From: Auanema rhodensis
Taxonomy: Eukaryota; Animalia; Nematoda
Reading direction: 5' to 3'
DNA: 64,000 bases
NCBI GenBank assembly: GCA_964057225.1
Contig: OZ059899.1
Span: 16,554,001-16,618,000 of the forward strand
The notes beneath the pieces were generated by a model. The model did no database searches. It was not told where the DNA came from and saw nothing but the letters and a program-made list of their open reading frames with translations. A program made the position numbers and the translations under genes. Each line of letters starts with the position of its first letter. Position 1 is the first letter of the stretch. Shown here piece after piece: positions 43,838 through 58,170 of this stretch.

Positions 43838-46462
43838 ATGGCTCAGTTTACATATTTTCTTATCGTATTGTTATTTACTCCTATTCTTTCAAGTAATAGG
43901 AATAAAATTACAAGAAGTAAGTTTTTTGTAATACTACTTCTGGCACAGCATTTTTTCAAATTAAAAATGAAATAAACTAACTTTCGAGTTCGGTGAACGA
44001 CCGTGTCAATTTTAAAAAATAATGAAATGATATCTGATGTTATTTTTTAAAATTCTTCATTCTATTTTCAGATGTTGTTGTGACTGCCGAACAGGAAAAG
44101 GTACGGGATGCCGATGGATACCAAGCCATTGCGGAGATTCATCGCGAAATGGATGATGATCATTCTGGCTCTATTGATCGCAAAGAAACAAGTGGAGTGA
44201 GTTCAGATCATTATTCGAAATAATTTCAATTTGAAAAGTTGCCTATTTGCATTATGTATTACGTAATAATTCTTGTACGTTTCGATATTTACTTTGAGTT
44301 AAGACTTCGGTTTGCAGAACTGTTCTTATCTTCCAAAGGATCGTTAACTGTTGATTCTCAATGAATTCGTTCGAAATGACCATTTAATCAATAGTTGTTT
44401 TAGTTTATGACGGAAGATATGCACATGCGTAGTTCGGATCGTGCAAGGAGGGAAAATGCTTTTCACGGTGATGATGATGCTATTACAGTAGATGACCTGT
44501 GGGAAGCTTGGTTTGAAAGCGATGAGCGCAACTGGACAACAGATCAAGTATGAACGAACGTAATGTGAAATGAATTTCAAAGACAAATTTCAGTTAGTTA
44601 GTTGGATAGTTGAAGTAGTCAATCTTCCTATGTATGCTGATATAATTAGGCGGCAAAAACTAGATGGAAGCGTTCTACCCAGGTTTTCTGAAATACCTGA
44701 CATTGTTTTTATTTCTCATTTTTAGGTTGGCTGTTCACAATACTACATTCATGTCCCAAAATCTTGGAATCAAATCATCTGTTCATAAGCAGAAGCTACG
44801 GTTGAATGCTTTGGATGTGGTTTTATTTGGTTTCAGAGATCCATCTTCAAAATCTAAAGACATAGCTCTTGGTTTTTTGGTTAGTTGCATCTCTATCAAA
44901 ATAATTATTGCTTCATCGTTTTAGTTGCTAACATTGACATCTGTTCTGATCTTGTATGCGCGTCAACGACGTCGTGCTCAACAAGAAGTGACAGAGTTAT
45001 CATCTAGACTTACTCAGTTGAAAGATATGGAGACAGAGTTTGAATGTGTTCAAAAGAAATGGACTGAAGAACGTAATAAACGGTCAACCGCTGATGGGGA
45101 TATATGTCAATCGGAAGTTGAAAATCTTAGAATACAACTGGAGGAAGCCGAAAGAAGGTTGGAGTTATTTACTGAATAGTCTTATTTATCCGGTTTTAGA
45201 TTAGAAGAAGGTAATACTGGCGGAGGAACTCCACTTGCTCTACAACCTCTCCTTCGCAGAACTTGCGAAAATGAGATGGCATTCTTGGAAAAGCAACGGC
45301 AAGAGTAAGTGTTTAGGACTTCTATTTCGAGTTTGAATATGTCTTTCAGATGCTTCAAAGAGATGAAAGATGCTATTGAAATGGTAGACAGACTCCAGAA
45401 AAAGCAAAGCAGTGTATTATCTTCTTTGAAGTTAGCAACTGGTGCCTCTACAGCTAGTGACCAAGTTGATAGCAAAATATTTTCTCTCAAGTATGTCTTA
45501 TAATATACCCGATATTTCGTATGGAATGTTTTAGGTCTCGCATGGAAAAAATTCAAGGATTGACAAGGGATACTCAAGATAGATGGCTTCAGATTGAATC
45601 TCTTTGTGGTTTCCCTATTTTGTACTTAAATGGTAAGTTGTGGATCTTTAACACCATACTGTTTGTGTTTTCAGAAACCATGGGACCAGGTAATGGGTTT
45701 TCCGTGCCGGCTCCTCATTTCTATAGCAGTAACTCAGGTATGATTTCTGAGGGTGATAGCTCATCCGGTGGAAGTTTCTTGTAATGTTGTGTCGCGTTCT
45801 TGTCTTCTGTTTGTCTATTACCTATATTTTGATCCTGATTCGTTAACAATTTCTTTAAAAAGACAGATTTATGATAGTTTTCGTTGTTGTCGAAATTGCG
45901 TGAAGAGTAGGATAATGAATGTTCGTTTTTCATTGTGTTATTCCTCTATAATAACTACTATTTTGCATGTTCGCGCCTGGCTTCTTTCACTCTGTAATAT
46001 ATTGCTATCAACAAGAATGCTTGTAATTGTTTCAGGAACATCATCAGAATCATCGAAATCATTGGTAAATGGTACTGCTGGTACTTATTCCGCTCCGGCT
46101 CCCAAAGCCGTGCCCATTGTTCAGCAACACGTGCAGCCGTTTTTGGCTTCTAGAGAAACTGAAAACGTATTTACTTCAGCTGCATCTAATGAAGCTTCTC
46201 ATCCCTCTGTTGTACGCATGGTGCATGTCGATTCACAACTGTAAGACAAAAGTTTATGTTTTCTCTTTTTGTTTGTTAACTAATCAAATAGATTTAAATC
46301 CGCCTAACATCTTATTATGCTATGAGTTGCAAAACATTTTTTAGGCCCAAGGAAGAAAACCAGTCGTTGAAATCATCTGCTGGTACAGAAGTAAAGAAAC
46401 GTCGACCATTTGCAAAGCTGTTCAAAAAATCCTCCTCTAAGGGCAGTATTACTTCAAAATAA
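43838..46462 (+). CDS. stim-1: Stromal interaction molecule (ER Ca2+ sensor, multi-exon)
   Basis: Signal peptide, EF-hand [16 protein letters not shown] ([16 protein letters not shown]), TM segment, SOAR ([10 protein letters not shown]...[13 protein letters not shown]), basic tail. Confidence 0.95.
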
Positions 46463-47361
46463 GTTCAGATACTAGAATCATGATCGCTATAGATGCCTGC
46501 TTTATCCTCATACTTTATTTATTTTCTAGGTTTTAGCTGTGATATTGCTCTTTTTTTCTTTCTTCAAATTTGCTCCTATGACAATCACTTTTTTCCTGCC
46601 TTAATAATATGTGGTTCCAAACTCCGGTATTCTTGCCTTCCATACTTGTAAATTCATTAGCTTCCTGCTTAGGTTCAGTTAAACTGTTGTCATTGTACTA
46701 ATGCCTCATTCTTAATTCTTAATTCTTTTATTGTTTTACCGACTTCTTTCCAGCTGTAATTCCAAGCATGTTTCAGAAGTGCTCTTAATAACTCTTTGCA
46801 ATATTATCTGTGATTTCATAAACATTCGATTGTTCTTTTTGGATTCTTTCCGCTTTATCACCGATGTTTAATCATTCATTACCTCTGCTTATTCACGATT
46901 TACTCTTTTTTATGACATTCTTCAGGGAACAAAGATGCAGACAGGTATTTTCCTTTCAGCTAGACTAATCATGACGAAGTTCGAAAAAACTTTTTCGGTT
47001 CATTGTTGAATGAGTTGACAATTCTCGGGGTTATCTCGTATAAAGAAAAGATGTTTTGATTTTTAGAGATTTCGTTGTCTAGTTTCGTAGGTTTAATATT
47101 CTTAAAAGTGAATATAAATGGATGGGATTGAAATTTCTTCCCATGTGAAATAAATACAATGTTTTGCGTTTACGAATGTTAGCTGCGATATCCGTTGCTA
47201 ATATTTCGCTATTTATATATTATTTTTCTATATTTGGATAAAGTTTTACATCATTATATGTTATTGTTTGTATAATACATATATCGCTGTTATACCATCT
47301 AGTGTACCTTTTTTTGATGTTTTAATTATTTTTTTTCAAATAATCAATGTTTCAGTTAAAC

Positions 47362-48773
47362 ATGGAAGTTGCTGGTATTTCTCAAGCTACTGCTCATCTT
47401 CAGCGTAAGCCTAAAGTTCATCCTCAATTTATTTTGAAAGTCAGATCAATTCCTTATGGATTTTTCGAGGAGGTTTTATTTCATGATAAACTTTCAAACT
47501 TATTACAATTTGTTTTAGGAGTTGTTAAAGTATTTCAGTCAATTCGGAAAAGTTACCAGAGTTAGAGTAGCGAGAAGCAAAAAAGTATCATTTATTTTTT
47601 TGATCTTAGTTAGTAAAATATTTTTTGTCTAGACTGGTAATCATAAAGGATGGGCTTATGTAGGATTTGATAACAAGGAGGTCGCTGAGATTGCTGCTGA
47701 GACTATGGACGGATATTTAATGTTTGAGAAAAGACTTAGATGTTCTGTAAGTTATATTTAACTTATTGATGTGATATTTTAAATTATAGGTAATGACCGA
47801 GACTCCAAAGTGTATGAAAGCAGGAGCCAAAATTACAATGAGACCACGTATGAAAGATCAAGCTAAGAAGCATGCTATGAAGATGAATCAGACTAACAGT
47901 TCTGAAGAAGAAGTTGTTCAACTAGTACGTTTTGTGTTGTATTAGCACTTATATAAAATTTGATTTTAGAATAGAAGAAAGATTTCATCTGAAAAAAGAA
48001 GTAAAAAATTATTAGGAATGGGAATTGATTATGATTTGTCTTCTGTACCTTCATACAGTACCAGCATTGCTAAAACCGTTGAAACTGTGGAAATTCCTGC
48101 GAAAGACACATTTACACCTGAAGTCATCTCTTCTCCAGCTCCATCCAAAAATTTGAGGAAACAGGCTAAAGATAAAGCTCCAGCGAAGATACAGACGGAG
48201 CCTAAGAATGTTCAATCAGAATTAGAAGTTGACTCTAAGGCTGCTTCTGTAAAACGACAAGTCGAACCTAAAGTCACTGCTGCTAAGATTGCGGCTAAAA
48301 CTCCAGCTAAGACTCCAGCTAAGACCCAAGCTAAGGCTGAGGCTAAGACTCCAGCGAAGACTGAATCTAAGACTCCAGCTAAGACTGAAGCTAAGACTCC
48401 AGCTAAGACTCCAGCCAAGACTCCAGCCAAGACTTCAGCTAAGACTCCAGCTAAGACTTCAGCTCAGTTGAAATCAACACCTGTAAAAGCACCAGCTGAA
48501 GTAATGCCAGCAAAAACTCCAACCAGAGCCGCTGCGAAAATTGCTGCTCAAAACCTTATTACTAAGCCTATTGAAGCCAAAACCCCAGCGAAAGCTGCTG
48601 CTAAGACACCTGCTAAAACTGCTGCCAAAACTCCAGCCAAAACTCCAGCTAAAACAGCAAACACTTCTGCTAAAACTGTCGAAGCGGTAAGTGATTTACT
48701 TTATTAGGTCATCTATCCAATTTTACAACCATTTCAGCAGACACCGGCTACTAAGAGAAGGGGAAGAAAATAA
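47362..48773 (+). CDS. nifk-1: NIFK/Nop15 nucleolar RRM protein with an AKTP-repeat tail
   Basis: IPYGFFEEELLKYFSQFG, VARSKKTGNHKGWAYV, AETMDGYLMF, MGIDYD. Confidence 0.88.
48290..48680 (+). repeat. Coding 12-nt repeat (GCTAAGACTCCA) encoding AKTP
   Basis: Directly visible; 12 TPAK motifs in the translated exon. Confidence 0.9.
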
Positions 48774-51566
48774 TCGTTGATTTTTTTTTTTGTTACGTAT
48801 CGAATTGTATTAATTTTTGTTATCATTGTTGTTACATTATTTGTGGTTATCTTTTGTTGTTGCTGAATGAAGATATTCCTTTTTATATTTAGTTTGATGG
48901 GGCTGGTATATCCGTGTTGTTAAGTTGGTATATAGGGTGGTTGGGTGGTTGGGTGGCATGATTACTGTGCTTAATCCGTAAACAAAATCAAAACAAATGA
49001 ACGTGTTGTGATGGATAGGCCTTGCGTAACATCGTAAGTATCGATTGCATGGCGAATATCAATACCATGCTCATCCATCAGATTGTTCATCAAATTGGCA
49101 AGTAGTTATTAGACAGTTATTGGATGAGGCCAAAATATGTTGTACAAGGTCAGAGAACTCATAAATCCTGAAATTGTATATTTTTGATAATCGTTTAATG
49201 ATTCCTCACGCTTGCTATCTTATCAAAGACAGTCAGGTGGTAGTAAATTAGAAAAATAGGGCCCGATACAATCATGAAGTGAAAAAAAAATAAATTACCC
49301 ATTCCTCACATTGATTGTTGATATGTGTAAAGAGGTCATATTAATTGTTATTACTCTGATGATAATCCAAATGCAAACTAGGAAGTTCAATCATATTCGG
49401 ATTCGTGTAAATTGGTTTTCAGTGTTTGTTCAGTTTTTAATGCTGTAAGAAATGGAAATAATATCTTTATGAAACAGATTGACATGTCACCACTTGCTTC
49501 AATCATGCGACATAAACTGCATCAGATTTCAAAATAGAAATTTATCTTTAATATCAATTAGAAGCAAATTAGAAGGATTATAAGAGAAATGCAAGATAAT
49601 CATGAAGTCTATATTGTTGACAATGATGACTTGATTATCTGGACTATGCAATATACGGCGGAACAGATCAAAACACTTTTTGAAACACATTAATTGAAAA
49701 AGTTAATGTACGTGTGGGTTTGTATGAATGAAGTCTTGTCGATATTACATGTCTGGACATTAAATCTAATCTTCATACTTTGTCCCTCTTTGACAGTATT
49801 GCTTGTTTAATTCATCTCATTATGAAATTACGTTTCAAATACAAGATAAGGTTATATATCTGACAGATATATATGTGATTAAGTTACATATATGAGTGAG
49901 TACGTGAAAATTTTTACAAAAAAATTGCAAATCAAATGGCTTACCGATAGATTAGCTAGCAGACATTCATGTGTAAGAAGTTCACGTTGACTTATGCACA
50001 CAACCGCTTCATGCTCTGGCATTATGAAAAAATAAAATATTTCACGTGCACTTCACGTGATAATTCAAATTGCCCAATCAGCATGTAATACGCATCATAC
50101 GTTGTTCATAATAATTTCTTACTATACTAAATATGCTCTGATTGTAATCCTATTATATTGTATTTCTAGTGTTTTACATGCAAAAGTGTGATAAGCCATC
50201 CAACTTTCAAATCAAAAACAAATTTCGTATAAGTTAATATTTATATTTATATTGATTTTATATATATCAAGACCACACATGTAAATATACTCATATATAC
50301 ATAGACATTTGTTCCAGTTTCATAACCATTGGCAAAGTAGTTAATGAGATATGAATGCATAACTAAAGAGTCTATCATATTCGCAATATACTATATGTTT
50401 TTAGGAAAATATACGACTTATATGATTAGTTGGATACGTTTACAAAACTGTGAGGTATAGCAATTGTAAACTATGAAACACATCTTATAAGGTCATAAAA
50501 CTATTTACAAGTTGTCTGTAATAGGCACAACTTATTACAAATCAAGAAAAGATGCTATATCCAGACAGAAATTATGCTGATATAAGAAGAAGAATAATTT
50601 TGTAATGAACTGTTCACTAAATACAAATATATTATTGTGTGGTAATCTATTTATAACTTAATATGTTTACGATATTTTAAATATCATTTTCTGGCATCTA
50701 ATATTTGAAAAATCAATAATAAAACGTGATAATTCAGTAATTTATTAGAGAAAAAGAAAGAAAAAAAAGTTAGATCAGAAGTAAAGATGAGAAATAATTA
50801 TAAAGATTCATTTCTACCTTTTAATTAATTAATTAGGGATAAGATCATGTAGATTATGTTGATGAAAAAGACCTTCATGCAAATTCAACTTTCTTTGACA
50901 AATGTAAAGAACAGCTTTAAAAAATTGAAACACTTCGATCTCACGAGACTATAGGATTGTTATTTGTGTTGAATATTAATTATATCGCTTGTATTCCGTA
51001 TATTATAGCTTGAAAGCATTCTATCATATTGAGCAACACCTCAGACCGTTCTCCCAGAAAGCGATTAGCAGCTCATTAGTTGGATCAAGTATCAAAGACC
51101 TAATCCGGTTGTATCAACTATAAAGAACATGAATTTAATAATCGGCTCATTACACACAATATACATGAATTTAGGAAGGAAACTGTAACCAAGAAGAGAT
51201 TTTCTCATGATCTCACCGTGTCGGCAAAGCTTTCAGATGCTGATAATCCGCATCTGACCTCAATGCACCTATGTTCTCACCCATTCAGCCTGGCCCGTCA
51301 GCTATGAGAGCTGTGCACGGAAGAGCTAGCCATGATCTTAGCGGTAGCTCAAATAGTTGTCGCTGAAGTCTCCAAAATTGCTATCATCAACCGGAATAGC
51401 AATTTTCATTTGAAGCTTTTGCCTCAGACATCACCTCAAGCTCGACCAGAGCTTACAATCTCACTAAGTCCTTAAGAACTGTAGATTTCTAAAATTTCTT
51501 TATTTATATTAATTTTTGAAAATTGAATAACTCCGAAAGTATGATAGACAGAGAGAGAGAGAGGGG

Positions 51567-51600
<34 letters not shown>

Positions 51601-53522
51601 GAGACAGAGAGAGAAACAGAAATAGAATGATGATACTGTATTGTTTAAGAACTACGATCTTGAGGCAATTGTTAATTAGAGTACTTAAGCACATATATAT
51701 ATATGTATTTGACATGTTTTTATTAGATAATATAAGAGAAAAATAGCATAGAATAGTTAGTTTGTGTTTTACATATCGTGTTTGTTCATCATACTTTTTT
51801 ACTTCATGTTGCTAATGATTTATTAACTTTCTCTTCCTCTTCTTTACTGTTCTTCATACTTTTTCTCTTTTTCACCTCTTCTATTCTTCTCTCTCTCTAT
51901 CTATTCATTCCTCTTTCTCTATGTCATCTTGTTAACTTTTTTCTTTTCTTCGTTTCGACTTCTATTTATCTCCAATAATAGAATTGATCATCGCTAGTTT
52001 TTGATTGTTATCGTAATCGAAATAGCAGAGAAGGAGGACCGGTGTCTTTGCCAAATGCGCCAATTTCCAGCCAATCTATCAACGGCATAAATTCGTCGTC
52101 ATCGCTTTGCTTGCATGTTTGTCTACTTTCTAACGAGGTATATGGTTAGGTAGAGGCTGTCAGCTTTTTCCGCCTTCCATCTCGACATTCGCGGCTCATT
52201 TGCTGTAATTATTTCGCTGTTGTTGATAATTAGCTAATTCTTGTTATTTCAGTTATGCTAATTTATATTTTCAAATATAAAATTTCCTTCAGATCTACAT
52301 GAAGAGAGGATCGTGAACTGATGAAACAGTTTTTACGTTCAAAAGCCATGTTTCAGCTGGATCCTCTTGCATATGTCTACGATTAGGCTCGAACGAAATT
52401 CGTTCATCATGCTGCTTTCCTCTTCTTCTTCTTCTCTTTACATGAAAATACCTTCCAACTCGACCGCACAGCTTGTTCATTTACTATACATATTATATTC
52501 AGAAGATGAAGATAATTTGGAGTTTTTCTTTTTGAAACTTAAATTTGGAATTTCTGTTCCTATTTCTCGTTTCTTTTTGCAGCAAAACCAATTAACTTAT
52601 CTCGTGTCAACTAGTATATTCAATGGAAATATCTTTTTCACATTAACTTCGTTTCGCTTCTCGATGTCGCCTCCGATTGCTTGTCTCTCTTTCCTGCTCT
52701 TTTGCCACACAGTTCAAACTTCTCTCCGTCTAATTAGTTCTTCTTTTTTACTTCGATCAAACTCATCTTCATCGAGGAGAGCGGAATATGAGAGAAGGGC
52801 GGGCTTTAGAGGAGGAGTGAGAAGAGAGGCATCGTCTATATATGCTCAAGCTCTTTTATCCAAGTCTTTCCTCTTCTCACCTCCTATAATCTATCCATCA
52901 CATTGCCTCGGGTATTCTGACTTTAATTGCACTTCAACTGATGCCTAATTGCTGATACCGTATTAAAGCTGAGAGTATGGAGGTCTTTCTCATTTCAAAG
53001 CCTCGAGCAAGGTCAGCTAGTATCATTACTTACGCGAGAATGAGGGAGGGGCCTCTGGCTCTAAGCATATATCTAAGTGATCTAGGAAGACCCTGAAGAT
53101 GAGTATGAGAGTGTATTAGAAATAGAGAGACGCAGACAATTGAGGCGTGGTCAAGGGTCCTCATTGGGTAATGCTGATCTTCAGCGATGGACGATGTCCC
53201 CTCCAGGTTAGTCAGCTCCACCCCCTCACTTGGTGGTCGGTAGACGATTGGATTAAATTCGTTATCATCCCTATACGAGCCGGTTTTTTCCGGTTAATTA
53301 AAGAGCATTGTGCTTCCTTTTACCTATTTCAATAGTATTTTCCAAGAGTTTTTACTTTTTCTTTCCAACTTACAATAATTCTAAATAAGATATTATTTGC
53401 TGATAATATATACTTAGCACTTTCTTAATTATATGTTTTTCATTATAATTTATGTATTTCTTTATTTATTTCCTTATTTTCATTTTATTTATTGACACCT
53501 TTTCAGAAATCGCCTAATTATC

Positions 53523-56500
53523 ATGAAAGAGCAACGTTTAAAATTTGGTATTGATACCATACTCCAACCGGAATTTGGTAACCCTGGTGCATCTTCTCCT
53601 GAAACATCCAGCTCATACACATCTAGCCCACCAAAGTAAGTTTTCAATTATTATAATTGCGCTAATTAGTATGAAATTTGAAAAAATTCAACCGATCTTC
53701 GCATATAAACAATAAAAAATGAATATTTCATTAATTCTTATTTGAATTTTCTTTAATTTTGAATTTGATGATTCAGAATAATCTATTTGAATACTTAAAT
53801 GTTTTTTATTTTTTCTTTTTTTAGTTCTGTGAACACAAGTCCAACCTCAATGGCAATGGCTGGCTTAATGGCTTCATGCTCATCAGCTATGCAAGATAAC
53901 CGCTCTATTTATCCAGCCTGGGTATTTTGCACTCGATATTCTGATCGTCCATCAGCAGGTAATCTTTTTATAAATTTATCTAAAACACATTTTCTATTTA
54001 ACTTGCTGTAAAGATTGAAATCTCGTTCTCAATCAATGTGCCTTCTTCTTTTCTTTCAAATGTTTTTGAATCTTAAAAAAAGGTTTTCATTATTCTTCGA
54101 TGACCTCATATTGGTACTTCTTCTTACGTACTCTTCTAAGAAGTATCAACAGCCTATAAGTTCACTTGTTGTTGTGCTCATCTAAACTAGCAAAGGTCTT
54201 CTTAATATCTCAAATCCTCATGTTTCTTCTTTTGTCTTTGCTGTAAAACAGTCAAAGCTATTCTAAACGATCTCTCTTTCTTCATGACATCACAGTTTTT
54301 ACCTTTTCCGATGCGATAGCTATCATCATCATCATCATCATCGTCTTTTTCCTTTTTTCATTTCTTTCATCGCAAGTAATGTTTTCTGATGAATAAGGGT
54401 TGAGGGAAAGATTTTAAAAAAATCAAAAAAGGACAGACATTCGCATAATGAAAGCATGTGTCGAAGCCAATTTAGATCGAAACAAATAGCCTTTTTGTAT
54501 TTGAAAAATCCGTTAAGTAAACTACCTTTGTTCATTTAAATATTTAAGAAAAATCTTTTCTTCTAAAGAGAAAGATGTAATGGGATTTTCGAAATTCATG
54601 ATGATCCTCTCATTAATCAATTTCATCTTGATTACGTATTTCGAAATATTATAAAGAGATCTTTTTCCAATATATTTATTATTGAATTTTCAGTTTCCGG
54701 AGCACGTATTCGTAAACCACGAAAGCGAGATTCTAATTCTGATGAGGAGAAACGTCCACGTACAGCTTTTACAACTGACCAGCTTGAACGCCTGAAAAAA
54801 CAATTCCTTGATAACAGGTAAAACATAGAACATTTGAAGGACTACAAAAGTTGTCAAAAATACCGTAATCTAAGAAATATTCTCGTGCTAATTATGTTGA
54901 ATCATAGAAAAGAGAGAGAGAGGGAGAGAGAGAGAGAGAGAGAGGGAGAGAAAGAGACAAAACAGAAGCTTCTTGGACATATAGCTTACAAGCTTACCCC
55001 ATATATATTTCAGGTATTTAACGGAAAAGCGAAGACAAGAACTTGCCCATGAGCTTGGATTGAATGAATCGCAAATAAAAATCTGGTTTCAGGTATGAAT
55101 AATATTCATATTTCTTGAACATTTTTAAAACCAAAGTATTATAATCAGTAAATATATAGAAGAAAGTAGGTTGTTATTCATGAACACATCTTAAGATGAG
55201 CTTAATTGGCCTAATTGAGTATGCCATATGAATTCATGATTATCAGCTGATAATGCTAATAGCATATTCAGAAGCATTGCTAATGTTGTTCATACTAGCT
55301 CATTCAAAATCTGAATTTTGGTTGACTGTTGATTGAACTTCTTGATTTTCTTCTCTAACTAATCAAGATTTACTTGATTATATTATATGATGGTGAGGCT
55401 AAATCTTCTTTCTTCTTCTTCTTCTTCTAATTATTCGTTTTCTTTCTTCCTCTCCGTAGCTCTCTAATGTATGAATCTACTGTTGAAATCTCGAAAAGGA
55501 CGATCTGTTTCTTGCCGCTAATTAAAGAGATACAAAGGGCAAAATGAATCTGATGTGGGTTCACATCGTCGTTACAGATGACATGATGATAACGTGTTGC
55601 ACACTTAGTAAACGTTGGTGAAACCGACAGCTATTTGGGCTACGTGAATCGCCTATCCCTACTTATGCTCTCGCTCGTATTCACCTACTCTAACTATCTC
55701 TCTCACTCTCTCTCTTTCTCATTGGCGGTACTATACATCCTGAAGAATCTGAGTTCCAACTCTCTGGTCTTCCACCTTGTCACTTTAATCTAAAGACTCT
55801 CACTTTAGTCATGCTCTATCCCCTTTTTCTCATTATCATGTAGAATCAATGTACGTACCACTATGAGGTAATTACATATCAGACATGTCGTAAACGGAAG
55901 ACTTCTTGTATCTTATGTTCGACGACAGAATGACATCAGCATTGCCAGATTATAGGTTATCGGCTATGACTTTCATCTCTAACTTGTGTGTGCTTAGAAT
56001 GAAAACCTATAATCATCTATCTGAATAGTTATTATGCTGCAAAATCAGTTAATTATATCAATTTGATCACATCTTTAAATATAATTTAATGACGTCAAAT
56101 TGAATTGAATTCAAAAAAAGAAAAGTTGGTATATATCGGAGGATGCTAAAGGTTTTGAATTAGAAAACTTTTCCCGGGCTCTTCTTTTGGATGATTGAGT
56201 AACATCGCATCTTTGAACTATCTTTTGATTACAGTTCTGAACACCTCGGTTTGTAAAACCGGCCTTGTTGAATTCGCAACATTCTTTTGAAATTTGATAG
56301 ACTTAGCCATTGGTTTGAACGGTTTGTACATGGTAGATAAAGCTTGTCGTCCTTTATGCTACAATCGTAATCCATCATTGTCAGTCGGCACCTTCCGCTT
56401 ATTTTTGAAACAAGTTGCAAAACCGTTCATCAAGAATGGCGTGTGCCACTTGATGACATGAATTCAAATCTAATTGTCGCGAACAAGTGAACTGTTTGCT

Positions 56501-57409
56501 CTTAGAAATACAGTCTAAGCGATCCTATCAAGTTCGCAGGATATTCATGTCCAAATACCATTTTGCTACAACTTGGCAATTAATATTGCGCACCTGTCAG
56601 CTGGTGCTTTTCAAATTTGGAATACAACGAACAGGACGCCCCCCAGGCACGTGTCGACATTATTAATGGCTGTAGTTGTCGTCAATGATGCCGATAAGCG
56701 TTATGGCAACATCGTGCTATGTCAAAGCTTCGGTGTGCTGGAACTGAAGGCTTGAACAGAAAACCTGATTCAACTTCACGCTTGTGCTACTGTTGCTATA
56801 TCGACTGCTGCCTCGATGTCTAGTCATTACATACAGCTGAAAAGGGGAGAGGGCACCGACAGAAAAGGAAATGAATAGATACAGGGACCCAATGTGGTTG
56901 AGGGAACAGATTCAAACTAACAAAGGCAACGGCCGATCTCAGATAACATCAATTGGCAATCATGTAAACGATTCCTCTGTTTCTCTTACCGTATTCTTTA
57001 TGACCATTAATTCTAGCTAGATGGGTGGTTTGTTGTATTTGTGGCGCTTTTCGTCATTTATGGGCATACCGTTCTGCTTTATGATTATGAAACCTGTTAG
57101 ACATTAAATAAGGCTTTTTCAAATCATACAGTATAGAAACGTCCTCATTTCCTTCCTCAAATCTCTCACAAAAACAATAAAAAACATTTAAAAGTCATTC
57201 AAATAGTACTCACATTTCATATTTATAATGACTAAACGGCATTGATCATATAAGCAATTACTTCAATTTTACCTCCGATTATTGTAAATACTGATTATTA
57301 ACAAGAGAAAGTTGAAAGACGTTTCTAAAGAATTCTGTTTTTTCAGAACAAACGAGCAAAACTCAAGAAATCAGCATCAGGCGAACGTAATCAAATGCAT
57401 TTCAAATAG
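53523..57409 (+). CDS. ceh-16: Engrailed homeodomain protein; exons about 53523-53635, 53825-53958, 54694-54817, 55014-55092, 57347-57409
   Basis: EH1 [11 protein letters not shown]2 [15 protein letters not shown], homeodomain EKRPRTAF...[21 protein letters not shown]. Confidence 0.95.
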
Positions 57410-57844
57410 TTCTGAATTCAATTATTATTATTTCTTAATAGGTAAGCATTAATTCTTTTAATTTATTTTATTCTGACATTTTTAATTTTCAGATTGGAAT
57501 GCTTAATCTTCCCATGTTTACTCATAATTTCCGACTTCGGGTTTACTCAAATACTATGAAGTTATAACTCATCTCATCTTCCTTGATATTCATATCTCTA
57601 CATGACGTCATCTGCAACATTACCTCATGCTTGTTACCTCTTTGTATTTGTCTTTGTTTTTTTCAATATTCTATTACGATTCGATGTTTTTCTGTTTTTT
57701 TTTCTGTTGTAGTCATGACAAATAGTATTTTATATGAAAATGAACTGTACAGAGCAATCACATCTACTTCATGTTTCAAATTATAAAGCCAGAAACTCTT
57801 GTATACATACTTTGTCAGTTTAAATTTGATTTTGTAATTCGACA

Positions 57845-58170
57845 AGTTGTCAGCTCAATGACTTGTCTTTTTGTCACATCGTGTCTGTCAGTTACTGTCA
57901 AATCAATTTATTGATTTGGCTTAACTAGACAAGATACTTGACTCAAACCGAATGTCTTCTATAACGTTAAGAGATCGAAAGGCAATTGACGGAGGAGTTA
58001 AACGGAGATGTAGACATGCACGCTGATTAAAGAGTTAGATAACCTGAAGTTGTTGTCAGGTAGATGCGACAGCGTCGATTACGTTCTCGTTACTCTACAG
58101 GTGAACTACCTGATATGTCACGCTGTTTACGTAATCAGATGTCAGTTTACGACTACCTGATTCTTGTCAT
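57845..58170. promoter_or_regulatory. Candidate enhancer: cluster of TGTCA (TALE-type) and CAGGTR sites 3' of engrailed
   Basis: Eight same-strand TGTCA in about 325 bp, plus CAGGTA, CAGGTG and two TACCTG. Confidence 0.4.

Noticed and set aside
48900-49450. Exon-like segments with splice signals on the - strand
   Set aside because: Could not be joined into an open frame and no recognisable motif.
51190-51260. bantam/miR-80-like seed TGAGATCAT on the - strand
   Set aside because: No complementary arm; only an unrelated 8-bp stem nearby.
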